Shown here piece by piece: positions 35,945 to 45,200 of a DNA stretch of 64,000 nucleotides. The number at the start of each line of letters is the position of its first letter. The stretch's first letter is position 1. Source of the DNA: a virus; IMG/VR virus record IMGVR_UViG_3300037483_000594, positions 96,001 through 160,000 of that record; one strand, 5' to 3'. A program made the position numbers and the translations under genes. The notes below the pieces were generated by a model. The model worked only from the letters and a program-made list of their open reading frames with translations. It did no database searches and had not been told where the DNA came from.

Positions 35945-37084
35945 ATGTGGGTTCAAAGGCGTTTCGCACAGCACCAGGATCTTCTTAGCTTCCTAAACGG
36001 TGACCTGTTTGGGTCCACGGACATCACGGACGGAGTGGCCGTCGACGGTCTGACCTTCATCATTGACGTGGGGGCCGGGAACGTCACCACCACCTTCGCT
36101 CCCGCCCTGGGGCGTCCCTGGACCCCGGAAGAGGTGCTCACTGCCATAAACGCGGCGATGGGAGACACGGTGGCCACTCTCTGGGTCGGGAAGCCCGACC
36201 CGGTGGCCAGGACCACCCCCAGGCGCCTGCGCGTGAGCTACTCCCCCTCCGCTATCGTGCGGCTCGCCGGGACCGCCAACGCCCTGTTGGGGTTCAGTGC
36301 GGCGGCCGACACGGTACAGACCCCCGTGGACCCAGCCACGGTGCTGAGCGTCGACTTCGAGATCGAGACCCCAGGGCACACGTGGGTCGTGACGTACAAC
36401 GATCAGGGAGTGGGGGCCGGCGGGGATGTCAACCTTGTGGAGATCGCTGGCGCCCCTGTGGCCACCACCGTGCTCCCGGGGGTGCTCCCTGTGGTAGGGA
36501 CCGTGGCTCATGACTCTCCGGACGACGGCTCTGAGCCACTGAAGGTCGGTGGGACCGTGCGAGCCGTGCTACCCACGCTGGCCAACGGTGACAGGGCTGG
36601 CTTCTCTACCGACACGGAAACCAGGCTTCATGTCCGCAACCCCTCCTATGACTCCTTTGTCCAGGCTGACGCTGGGGTAAACCTCAACAACGATTCCCTC
36701 GCAGACAAGGGAGAGGTGCTAGCGGCCCTGACCAACCAGGCAGATGGTACGTACGACTACTACTTCAACCCGCGAGGCTACGGAAAGTTCGCTCTTCAGT
36801 ACCTGTTGAACGGCGGAACTGCCCCCGGCACGGGCGTGACGATGACCATTGCCGGGACCTGGCAAGACGACGGTACAGCGGACAGCGCTTGTGTCTACCA
36901 AGACGTGACTTCCACGCTGACTGGGTTGGCCTCGATCGTGGCGGCAACGGGGGCAACGAACAACGGGGTTATTCTCGACACCTGGGGAGTCTTGCGCGAA
37001 GCAAAGTACATCCGAGTCAAGATCGTTGCACAGTCTACGGGTGCCTCCGCCGACTGGACTCTCTGGGCGAGGAGCAAGTTCTAG
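35945..37084 (+). CDS. virion structural protein
   Basis: Thr/Gly/Val-rich beta sequence; shares a module with the sheath insert. Confidence 0.55.
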   Translation: MWVQRRFAQHQDLLSFLNGDLFGSTDITDGVAVDGLTFIIDVGAGNVTTTFAPALGRPWTPEEVLTAINAAMGDTVATLWVGKPDPVARTTPRRLRVSYSPSAIVRLAGTANALLGFSAAADTVQTPVDPATVLSVDFEIETPGHTWVVTYNDQGVGAGGDVNLVEIAGAPVATTVLPGVLPVVGTVAHDSPDDGSEPLKVGGTVRAVLPTLANGDRAGFSTDTETRLHVRNPSYDSFVQADAGVNLNNDSLADKGEVLAALTNQADGTYDYYFNPRGYGKFALQYLLNGGTAPGTGVTMTIAGTWQDDGTADSACVYQDVTSTLTGLASIVAATGATNNGVILDTWGVLREAKYIRVKIVAQSTGASADWTLWARSKF

Positions 37085-37131
37085 TGGTCTTAATCCGGTT
37101 GGTGACGATCGCTGGGTAAGGAGTAAACTCA

Positions 37132-37635
37132 ATGCCAGTTTTTAGCCCTCAGAGCCTTTTAGTTACCATACTCCGGCATCACCACAACCGTGAGCGGTGG
37201 TACGGTGACGCAGCCGCGCCCAACGCAGGAGTTCATGAGGCAGACCCAGTCGGGCCTAGCCTCGCTCCTTTTGCCCTCGATGCGGGTAACAACGCCTTCG
37301 GGGCGTGGGTTCCTATCAAGGGCTCTTCGGACGTGTTCGGGAAAGTCGGATCAGTGTACTTCGACATGCACAGAATCGGGGTCGTGGCCGCGGAAAGAAC
37401 GCAGCCTTACTTCATTCAGTTTGCTTTCGGTCCAGACCCCAACGCTGCTGTCGCCGCGGATGACTTCACGACGGTCGAGTACACTCCGGTCACGGGGGCT
37501 ATTGACTCTGCGCCTGTTGAAGTACTGTGTGAGCCCTTGCCGATAGCGACGGTGGTGAACGCGCGGTGTATCTGTCCAAACCAAGACACCGCAACCATCA
37601 GCTTCTTTGTGGGGGCTCATGGCTACCCGGATTGA
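37132..37635 (+). CDS. hypothetical virion protein
   Basis: AAGGAG RBS, 167 aa. Confidence 0.55.
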   Translation: MPVFSPQSLLVTILRHHHNRERWYGDAAAPNAGVHEADPVGPSLAPFALDAGNNAFGAWVPIKGSSDVFGKVGSVYFDMHRIGVVAAERTQPYFIQFAFGPDPNAAVAADDFTTVEYTPVTGAIDSAPVEVLCEPLPIATVVNARCICPNQDTATISFFVGAHGYPD

Positions 37636-37663
37636 TAAGCTGAAAAAAGGGGAGGTAACTCTC

Positions 37664-37954
37664 ATGTCCATGACACCAGCAGATGAATCCACTATCGCGG
37701 CCTGGGCGGCAAGCTTGACGGAAGACGATATCCCAGCTCCTCCCCCAGAACCACCACCACCAGACCCTATCACAGCAGGAACCCTCAACCGGGTGAGGAA
37801 TCAACTGAACAAGAGGAACGGGGTGAAAACCCCTTTAGAACTCCAAACCAGAGAAAAGGTGGAGTTCAATAAGCGCTACTCTCTGGAACAGATGGAAGCG
37901 GTCGTCGCCGCATTCTGGGCACGTATCGCTGAAATCCAGAACCCCCCGGAGTAG
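37664..37954 (+). CDS. hypothetical protein
   Basis: GGAGGT RBS; Pro-rich linker. Confidence 0.55.
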   Translation: MSMTPADESTIAAWAASLTEDDIPAPPPEPPPPDPITAGTLNRVRNQLNKRNGVKTPLELQTREKVEFNKRYSLEQMEAVVAAFWARIAEIQNPPE

Positions 37955-37957
37955 CCA

Positions 37958-39748
37958 ATGGGCTCGATAGCATCAGTCTCCGCTCTCTGGGAGAAAGCCG
38001 GTCTACTCTGGAGAGCACGCTACGATTCTCCCCAGTCTGTCGCCAGAGACGGCGGCACACTAGTCGGCTCCCCAACGTTTTCTTCAAGAGGCATTGAGCT
38101 CAACGGAGTGAATCAGCACGTCTCTTATGTCAACAAGCCTATCGGTCGCTTGAACGGCAAGGGTTTCATTGTCGTCAGGTTTACCCCGGAGTTTGCGTGG
38201 AACGAGGATGCGACCAGATACTTTTTCCGCTCCACTTCTGGTTACGCCAGCCCTAATCAGATTTCTTTCAGTAAAGGCAATTTGGCGGCTAGTAGCGCAG
38301 TGCTTTTGTACATAGGTACGGGGTACGCATATTGTGCTGGGGCTGACTTTTCCGCTTTCTGGTTGAACGGACAAGAGAATTGTTTTGTTATTTCGTTGAA
38401 TGGGATTTCAAGTGCTATGTGGTTGAATGGGAATAGTTTAGCCGTTTCAGATACGGCAATGGGCAATAATAGTCTCAGTGGAATTTTCATAGGTTTGGCA
38501 GGTAACTCGTACAAAGGTGCGATAAAAGAAATCCTGATCGGTAACAGATCACTCACGTCTGAGGACGCAGCCAGATTCTACGCCAACGACTGGGAGCAGC
38601 GGGCCGATAGTTCTCGTTTCATCGTCTCTTTGCCAAGCGAGCTGTCTTACAGGAAACCTACCGATCAGCAACTGTTGCCTGATGGTGACATGGAAGCAGT
38701 AGACGTTTTATCCTGGACAGTGGCAAATCTTGCCGTTCCAACTAAGCAGACAGCAAGCCCTCATGGTGGTGTGCGAAATCTTAGAGTTGCTTATGGCGGG
38801 GCGGGGAGCCCTTATGTATATCAGACTTTACTTACGGTCGGATATACTTATAGGGTCAGCGGCTGGGCTAGAGGAAACAACTTGCAACCGGGTCCGGCAG
38901 TTTATAATGCTGGAACTGCTTTGTGGACCGGCACAGCTTCTCCGATTTGGCAGTATTTTGATGTCACATTTGTCGCCACCGCAACTACCTTGCGATTGTA
39001 TTCTCGTGGGGTTGACGCTACTGATTATGCGGAATATGACGATATCTTCCTTGAGGAGATTCAAGCTGTCACTGAAACTGGTGGGCAGATCTCCTCAGTC
39101 TCTGGTGTGAAAGACGTTCTCCTCGGCTCTAATGGGCAGACTGCGTCGGAGTTTCCAACTGCGAAAGATTGCTGTCTCTCCTTCGATGGTGGGGATACCC
39201 TTACTATCCCGCACAACGACGCCCTGAGTTTCACAGACGGGATTACGGACAAGCCGTTTTCAATAGCGGTAATGTGCCAACTAGACACGGTTACTAGCAG
39301 AGCGATTGTGTCTAAAAACGGTACCAGCGGAATATTGGCAGGAGAATACTTTCTGGCCAGTGTTATAGCTGGAGGAACACGTATTTACTTTGCTACCGTT
39401 GATGAGGTAAATAACGCTTATATAGCCAGATATGGTCTCGTTCCCTTAGGTAGAAAGTATGTGTGCTTAGTCGGAACGTACAGTGGTTCCAAAACGCCAT
39501 CTGGGTTTCGAGTGTACACTGACGCACTGCGAATCGACACGACTGATGCTACAGCCGGGGCCTACGCAAGAATGAGAACCACCAACAAGAGTTTGCTCGT
39601 TGGTGGTTCTAACGCATCTTACACGGGCTATCTTGGCACTATGCCTGTTCGTCCAATCATTGAACCTGTCGAGTGGTCGCAGCTCGAGGTAGAGCAGATC
39701 ACTGAGAAACTCAAGTCGCTGTATGCCCCAGCTAGGAGGGTGAGATGA
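37958..39748 (+). CDS. LamG/concanavalin-A-like and carbohydrate-binding domain virion protein
   Basis: LVGSPTF..GIELNGVNQHV, LLPDGDME..W, YRVSGWARG, LSFDGGD.LTIPHNDALSF..PFSI; low GC. Confidence 0.7.
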   Translation: MGSIASVSALWEKAGLLWRARYDSPQSVARDGGTLVGSPTFSSRGIELNGVNQHVSYVNKPIGRLNGKGFIVVRFTPEFAWNEDATRYFFRSTSGYASPNQISFSKGNLAASSAVLLYIGTGYAYCAGADFSAFWLNGQENCFVISLNGISSAMWLNGNSLAVSDTAMGNNSLSGIFIGLAGNSYKGAIKEILIGNRSLTSEDAARFYANDWEQRADSSRFIVSLPSELSYRKPTDQQLLPDGDMEAVDVLSWTVANLAVPTKQTASPHGGVRNLRVAYGGAGSPYVYQTLLTVGYTYRVSGWARGNNLQPGPAVYNAGTALWTGTASPIWQYFDVTFVATATTLRLYSRGVDATDYAEYDDIFLEEIQAVTETGGQISSVSGVKDVLLGSNGQTASEFPTAKDCCLSFDGGDTLTIPHNDALSFTDGITDKPFSIAVMCQLDTVTSRAIVSKNGTSGILAGEYFLASVIAGGTRIYFATVDEVNNAYIARYGLVPLGRKYVCLVGTYSGSKTPSGFRVYTDALRIDTTDATAGAYARMRTTNKSLLVGGSNASYTGYLGTMPVRPIIEPVEWSQLEVEQITEKLKSLYAPARRVR

Positions 39749-41673
39749 GCGATTTCATCGAGTACGCACAGTCGCTCGCTCCGAACATGCTAAGAGTGTT
39801 TGCTCGAGGCGACACGCTTGCTTACGACCAACACAACAGATCAACTACTCCGGGTGCTGGAAACTTCTGGGTACCGAACGAGCATCAAGGTATTCAGTGC
39901 AAGACTGCTCCAATCACAATCGGCAAAGGGAATGAGCAGCTAACGACAGAGGGGACTCTATTCGTTGAGTGTACCCCGTTGAAAGACGCAGGGCCTAATC
40001 ACACTCAACGGATAATGGAGAAGCATGTCGGTGTTCCAGAGTCTTGGCGGTTTTACATTCTAAAAACTCCAGCTAGATATCTAGTTTTCGGGACTGCTGG
40101 AGTACTCCCAACCCTGACCTACGATTGGCGTGGCAAAACGTGTCTTGCTGTGGTGTTTAGGCCGGGGCAGGCTCCTTTGTTTTATGCTGAGGGAGCCTTC
40201 ATTGGTATCGGTAGCCTTGTTCATACCGTGGTCCCTGCCGATGTTGACATTAGTTTGGGGTCATATCATGTTCCGCAAGAACCCTTGTTGTCTCCTATGT
40301 ATGTTGCAGGTCTATTCCCTGTACTAACTGGTCAGCAAATCTTCAACTTACACAAGAAATTCTTGGCTATGCCCCCAGTTGACAGAACGTCTCCTGTGGT
40401 AGGCAGAAAGATAGCCTCAAGGCCACCTACACCAGAGCTCGACGCGAAGTGCACAGAAGTCTTTGCTATGTCCAAGAACCTTGACGACGGCAAGATTCAT
40501 GGTCTGAAGGGTGTTTCAGAGGGTACGATTGCTGGACATATTGGAGTAAAAAACGACGGGCTGATTTATCCTGGGGCAATTTCCTGTAACAGCGACGCCC
40601 CTGTCGTAACACTGTCGAATGCTGCACAGATGGTGACTTTAGATAACGGAGCAGTGGAGCAGATATTCACCCCGAAGTTTGACACAATACCGTCTCAGCG
40701 CTGGACGTTTGCTTGTAATGCAAGTCTTCGTTCATATATCTCGATGGCAGGCCCCACATTCTACGCCACTAAAGGCCAACCACTTCAGATTTTACCAAGT
40801 GTCACTGCTAACCCCCACGCAAGACACCTTACCAATTTGCTACTGACCTGGTGGCTAGATGGCGCTACTCGACGATTTCAGTTTTTTATTGATGGTGTCT
40901 CGCAAGGAACCGGGACATACACCGATAACACCGTTCCTTCTCAGGCTAGCTTGTTCTTAGCAACGCTATCTGCACCGGGGCAGCTTCATCTAACCCGAAC
41001 TTACAACACTCGAATCACCCCTGACGAAGCAAGGACTCTCTATCTCCAGCACGCCGTCATAGCCGACGAGTTGAATTCCAGAAACTTTCCTCCTGTCTCT
41101 CTTGCAAACGTGACAGCAGGTGACTGTGGGCCTTGGCGAGTTATGAGCGGTATTCTTACTTGGCAAGAAGATGGGGCAAAAAGGAAGCTCGTTTCTGGAC
41201 AAGTGAATAGTGCCGCTCGATACACGAGTCAGCAAGCTTATGGTGGTTGGTACTGGAAACTGAAGGGGCTAGATACCTACTATGTGCCTTTGTCCAGTGC
41301 TGCTGTCGCGGTTTCAGGATCATGGAATGGATACTACGTCTATCTGTCGGCTGCTGGAGCTGTCCGTTTGTATCGTAGAACGGGTGCTGCATCTGTACTG
41401 ATACAGAATACCGTCGATGGGTTTGTGGCTGCTGGAGTTGAATACTCGTTATTTCTCAGCAGACGGAGTGATGGACTGTTTACGCTGTGGGTAAAGGGTG
41501 GAGCTTACGCAGTGTGGACACAGGCGCTCACTGTCTTGGATGCCACACACACGGTTTCTGTTGCACACACTTGTTCTCTTCCTTCTGGAGCAGAGATTTC
41601 CAAGGTTCTTCGGTTCCCTCTCGGCGGAACACTGACACCAAATGAAGTGCCTGAGCTTAGGGACGCGGCGTAG
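39745..41673 (+). CDS. LamG-like virion protein
   Basis: FQFFIDGVSQG..YNTRITPDEARTLY; low GC; coupled to the previous gene. Confidence 0.6.
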   Translation: MSDFIEYAQSLAPNMLRVFARGDTLAYDQHNRSTTPGAGNFWVPNEHQGIQCKTAPITIGKGNEQLTTEGTLFVECTPLKDAGPNHTQRIMEKHVGVPESWRFYILKTPARYLVFGTAGVLPTLTYDWRGKTCLAVVFRPGQAPLFYAEGAFIGIGSLVHTVVPADVDISLGSYHVPQEPLLSPMYVAGLFPVLTGQQIFNLHKKFLAMPPVDRTSPVVGRKIASRPPTPELDAKCTEVFAMSKNLDDGKIHGLKGVSEGTIAGHIGVKNDGLIYPGAISCNSDAPVVTLSNAAQMVTLDNGAVEQIFTPKFDTIPSQRWTFACNASLRSYISMAGPTFYATKGQPLQILPSVTANPHARHLTNLLLTWWLDGATRRFQFFIDGVSQGTGTYTDNTVPSQASLFLATLSAPGQLHLTRTYNTRITPDEARTLYLQHAVIADELNSRNFPPVSLANVTAGDCGPWRVMSGILTWQEDGAKRKLVSGQVNSAARYTSQQAYGGWYWKLKGLDTYYVPLSSAAVAVSGSWNGYYVYLSAAGAVRLYRRTGAASVLIQNTVDGFVAAGVEYSLFLSRRSDGLFTLWVKGGAYAVWTQALTVLDATHTVSVAHTCSLPSGAEISKVLRFPLGGTLTPNEVPELRDAA

Positions 41674-41933
41674 CGCGAGGTAGCGATGAGAGCGATTGGA
41701 GGAACGGAGTCGGTGGTTACCTTCGGGTGGGTCGTGTGGGGCTACGCCATCGTGGCCGACACCACCCCCTGCGAGGACCTTGACCAACTTCGCGCAAAGC
41801 TGAAAGACGCCGAGCGGGACCCTTACGCCCCGGACAAGCGAGAGCAACGGCGGCTCTGGCGAGAGCGCCAGCGCCAACTTGGGCGCTAGTCGCCAAGGAG
41901 CCCCACAGCGTATACTGTGGTCAGGAGAGAGAG

Positions 41934-43064
41934 ATGCTTCCAAAAGTAGCCGCGTTTCGGACCATGCTTCGCCGCCCTCTGGTTGACGTTACACCACCTG
42001 TGCTGACCAAAGAGGCCGCCCGGGGGTTGAAGAAGCTGGCACAGCTTTATGAGCTGGCGAAGCTGGCGCGGACCCCTCAGGAGGAGTTCGAGGAGGCAGC
42101 GCTGACAGACCCGGAGATTAACGCGGCGTTGGACTACGAGCAGGCCATGGCGGAGAACGCTGTGCTGCGAGAGCAGGTGCTGGGGTTGCAGCAGTCACAT
42201 GGAGAGCTGCAACAGCAGATGGCAGCGCAGGAGCAGCAGTTCGCCGGGGCACAGCAGCAGATGGCCATGATGCAACAGCAGCTCGACGCCGAGACCCAAG
42301 GGCGGCAGAGCGCGGTGCAGCAGGCTCTCATGGCCAAGGACTCAGAGCTGGCACAGCAGGCGAGCCTGCAGCTCCAGCGCCAGCAGCTCGCTGCTGCCGC
42401 CGACTCTCTGGCACTCCAACTCAAGCAGCTCGCCGCCACCCCCCCAGAGGCCCAAATGGCGCAGGCGGCAGAGGCAGAGCAGGCCACCGCTATCCAGGGA
42501 GACCAGGCAGCACTGCAGACCCTGCCCTCCAATCTCCGCAAGCAGGTGGTGGAGGCGCAAAACGCGGAGCAGACGGCGGCTGTCCAAGGCCAACAGGCAG
42601 AGCAGGAAGCTGCCATGGAGGTCACCGGCTCGGACGTCAATGCTCTTCGCCAGGCTTTTCAGAAGACAGCGGCCAAGGTAGTACCCCCGCTCTCCGCGTT
42701 GGAAGAGTTGGCCCCCTTGCTCATCGCAACTCCGGCAGGTGCTGGGGTGGGGGCTGCACGGAGCCTGTTTCGGAAGTCGGACACCCCCACCGCGGCGGAG
42801 GGGCGGCTCGAGGCGCGGCTTGCAGAGCACGACGCGCAACTCGCGGAAAACGAAACCCCAGCACTCCGTGCCAGGAGAGAGATGATTTCTGCAGAACTCG
42901 CGGATAAGCGTGCGCTGCGCACCGACAGGGGGTACGCGCTAAAAAGCGATGCTGTGGGTGGTGCCTTAGCAGGCTTGAGTGTGGGTGGTATTGCCTCCGG
43001 GCTTCGTCAGATTGCCCGGGGTTCTGACGAGTACGTTAAGCGGTTCGGGAAGGAACTGGTGTGA
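41934..43064 (+). CDS. Gln-rich coiled-coil protein with C-terminal glycine zippers
   Basis: KVAA/KEAA/KLAR/KTAA; long Q/A heptads; GAGVGAA and GGALAGLSVGG. Confidence 0.6.
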   Translation: MLPKVAAFRTMLRRPLVDVTPPVLTKEAARGLKKLAQLYELAKLARTPQEEFEEAALTDPEINAALDYEQAMAENAVLREQVLGLQQSHGELQQQMAAQEQQFAGAQQQMAMMQQQLDAETQGRQSAVQQALMAKDSELAQQASLQLQRQQLAAAADSLALQLKQLAATPPEAQMAQAAEAEQATAIQGDQAALQTLPSNLRKQVVEAQNAEQTAAVQGQQAEQEAAMEVTGSDVNALRQAFQKTAAKVVPPLSALEELAPLLIATPAGAGVGAARSLFRKSDTPTAAEGRLEARLAEHDAQLAENETPALRARREMISAELADKRALRTDRGYALKSDAVGGALAGLSVGGIASGLRQIARGSDEYVKRFGKELV

Positions 43065-43930
43065 TCAGTATCCGAAAGTTCAGGGTGGTGTCCCTCACGG
43101 TGGGGACCTACGACCTGTTTTGGGAACTGGACGATACGGTCGAGGACGCCCTGGACTACGCGTTCACTGTAGAGCGCAGCGAGAGCCCGGGGGGGCCTTG
43201 GGACGTGGTGTCCCAGCCCTTCCGCGACAAGTACATGTTCCGGGATATGTCCGTGCCGGGGGTGAACAAGTGGAGGCAGCTCTTTTACCGGGTCAAGATC
43301 GAGGGGGCCGCGGGGACGGCCTACTCGGGGCTGGCCACCCAGGAGGCGCAGCCTGACCTCTCGGCCACCGAGGCGCGGAGGATGATGAACCTGGTCCTGA
43401 AAGAGGGGATCGGGAGGGTGGTGTGGCTCTTTCCCGTCCGCACTTTTGGGACACGCTGCCCTGTGTGCTTTGACCCCGTGCTCGGGAAGCGGGTCAGCTC
43501 CAACTGCCTGTCGTGCTACGGGACAGGGTACGCTCGTGGGTTCATGGCGCCCTTGGCCACCTACCTCCGGATTGACCCCACCGAGCGTGCGGACCAGCTC
43601 GGGCAGGTGGTGACCCAGCAGCAGACAACCCGGGCGCACACTGCCTATTACCCGCTGGTGAAGCCGCGGGACGTGCTCGTGGAGGCGGAGAACAGACGGT
43701 GGCGTGTGGTGTCTTCCCAGGCGCCAGAGCGCCTGCGTGCCCCCATCTGGCAGGGGCTCACGCTACACGAGATTCCGCCCACTGACATTGAGTACAGGCT
43801 GCCTATCAACATCGACGACCTGCGCCGTGTACAGCCCTCTCCGGAAAGGGCGTTCACGAACCCCCAGACCCCAGACGAGGCTGGGTCACGCCTCGCCACG
43901 CTGTTTGACGTGTTTAGGAGCTACGGATGA
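43061..43930 (+). CDS. neck/head-closure protein (putative)
   Basis: FN3-like N-terminus (VERSESPGGPW), CPVC..CLSCYGTG, PLVKPRDVLVE..RWRV. Confidence 0.55.
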   Translation: MISIRKFRVVSLTVGTYDLFWELDDTVEDALDYAFTVERSESPGGPWDVVSQPFRDKYMFRDMSVPGVNKWRQLFYRVKIEGAAGTAYSGLATQEAQPDLSATEARRMMNLVLKEGIGRVVWLFPVRTFGTRCPVCFDPVLGKRVSSNCLSCYGTGYARGFMAPLATYLRIDPTERADQLGQVVTQQQTTRAHTAYYPLVKPRDVLVEAENRRWRVVSSQAPERLRAPIWQGLTLHEIPPTDIEYRLPINIDDLRRVQPSPERAFTNPQTPDEAGSRLATLFDVFRSYG

Positions 43931-44340
43931 ACCACCTGCTCGACGCCCAGGTCCGCACGATGCTGAAACTGGCGCAGGACTTCCCCCCGCCCTACTCTCC
44001 GGATGTGCCTCCACCTGAGCGCCCGGGGCCGCACTACGTGGCGCGGTTGATCGGGGACGCCGCCCTCATAGCCGGGGGGACCACCCTGGGCATGGCCGGC
44101 GCCGACATGGGGCTGAAGAGGCTGGCAGCCACCGAACGGTGGAAGAACATCTCCCCCACCGGGAAGAAAGCGATCGTGGGGACAGGGGCCGCTGCGGCTG
44201 GGGCGCTCACCTCTCTTGTGACAGGGCTCATGCGTCAAGACCGTAACCGCCGGATCGCGGAGGGCATAGCCCTGGACGAGGCACGGCGACAGCCCGTGCG
44301 CACCCCGCGTATCGTGCAGACGATCGAGGACGCGGAGTGA
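43927..44340 (+). CDS. small glycine-zipper protein
   Basis: MLKLAQ leader; two Gly/Ala hydrophobic helices. Confidence 0.55.
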   Translation: MNHLLDAQVRTMLKLAQDFPPPYSPDVPPPERPGPHYVARLIGDAALIAGGTTLGMAGADMGLKRLAATERWKNISPTGKKAIVGTGAAAAGALTSLVTGLMRQDRNRRIAEGIALDEARRQPVRTPRIVQTIEDAE

Positions 44341-45182
44341 GCGGCCAACCCCTGAGCGGTGCTATCCGCAACCTGCAGGCGCTGTGGGAAGACGAGCCCT
44401 TGCGCAAGTTGATGCGGGCAACGATCTTGTTTTTGCAGAGGGTGTACGCCTCTGCCCCGGAGACGGGGTACAGGTGGGCCGGGAACGACCCGTCTGCCAG
44501 CCGGATAGCGATCACCGCAGACCTCCCTGTCCCGGCCGAGGCTATCGGGGCACGCCCCCACATAGCGGTCTACTTCGGAGGGCTGCAGTGGAGCGGTCTC
44601 GGAATGGACCAGCTCCGTTCCGCGAGCTTCTTTAGTGATCAGCGTGAGCACCAAGACCTCATCACGGGGGTGCTCACCTTCGCTACCCTGTCCCGAAACT
44701 CGGAAGAGGCTGCGTACATCGCTTGGCACACCGCTAAGTTTTTGTGGCTTCTCCGCCGTATCTTGCTGGTGGTGGGGTTCCACGACATAGGGCAGAACAT
44801 CAGCATGTCCGCCCCCTCCACCCCCGGGTCCCTGATCCAGGGGGACGGGGGGGAAGAGCTCACCGTGGTTTACCTCACCGCACCCTTTTCTTTTGCCTGG
44901 GGGGCCACGGTGGTCCCTGTCAGTGACCACACAATCGAGGAGTTCGAGATCGCCGTGGCCACTGAACTAGGGGAGTCGCTCACCCCCACTATCCCGGTCG
45001 CTCGGGTGGGGAGCGGGACAGTGGACACCGAGGGGCGTCGCTTGTTTGTGAAGGCCGACCCCATGGCCGCCCTGGGCTCGGTGGCAGAGCGGCGGAAGTG
45101 GCGGGCTGTCCCCCTCGACAACCCGCCCGTAATTACTCCTTCTGAGGAGCTGGTGTCCCTTGTTATAGTAGAGGATGAATAG
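44337..45182 (+). CDS. tail completion/terminator protein (putative)
   Basis: Immediately upstream of the sheath gene; RPHIAV..GGLQW. Confidence 0.45.
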   Translation: MSGQPLSGAIRNLQALWEDEPLRKLMRATILFLQRVYASAPETGYRWAGNDPSASRIAITADLPVPAEAIGARPHIAVYFGGLQWSGLGMDQLRSASFFSDQREHQDLITGVLTFATLSRNSEEAAYIAWHTAKFLWLLRRILLVVGFHDIGQNISMSAPSTPGSLIQGDGGEELTVVYLTAPFSFAWGATVVPVSDHTIEEFEIAVATELGESLTPTIPVARVGSGTVDTEGRRLFVKADPMAALGSVAERRKWRAVPLDNPPVITPSEELVSLVIVEDE

Positions 45183-45200
45183 GTCACCCTGGAGGAAATT

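Noticed and set aside
42134-42640. Cys-rich minus-strand ORF
   Set aside because: Reverse reading of CAG/GCA codons in the Gln-rich plus-strand gene
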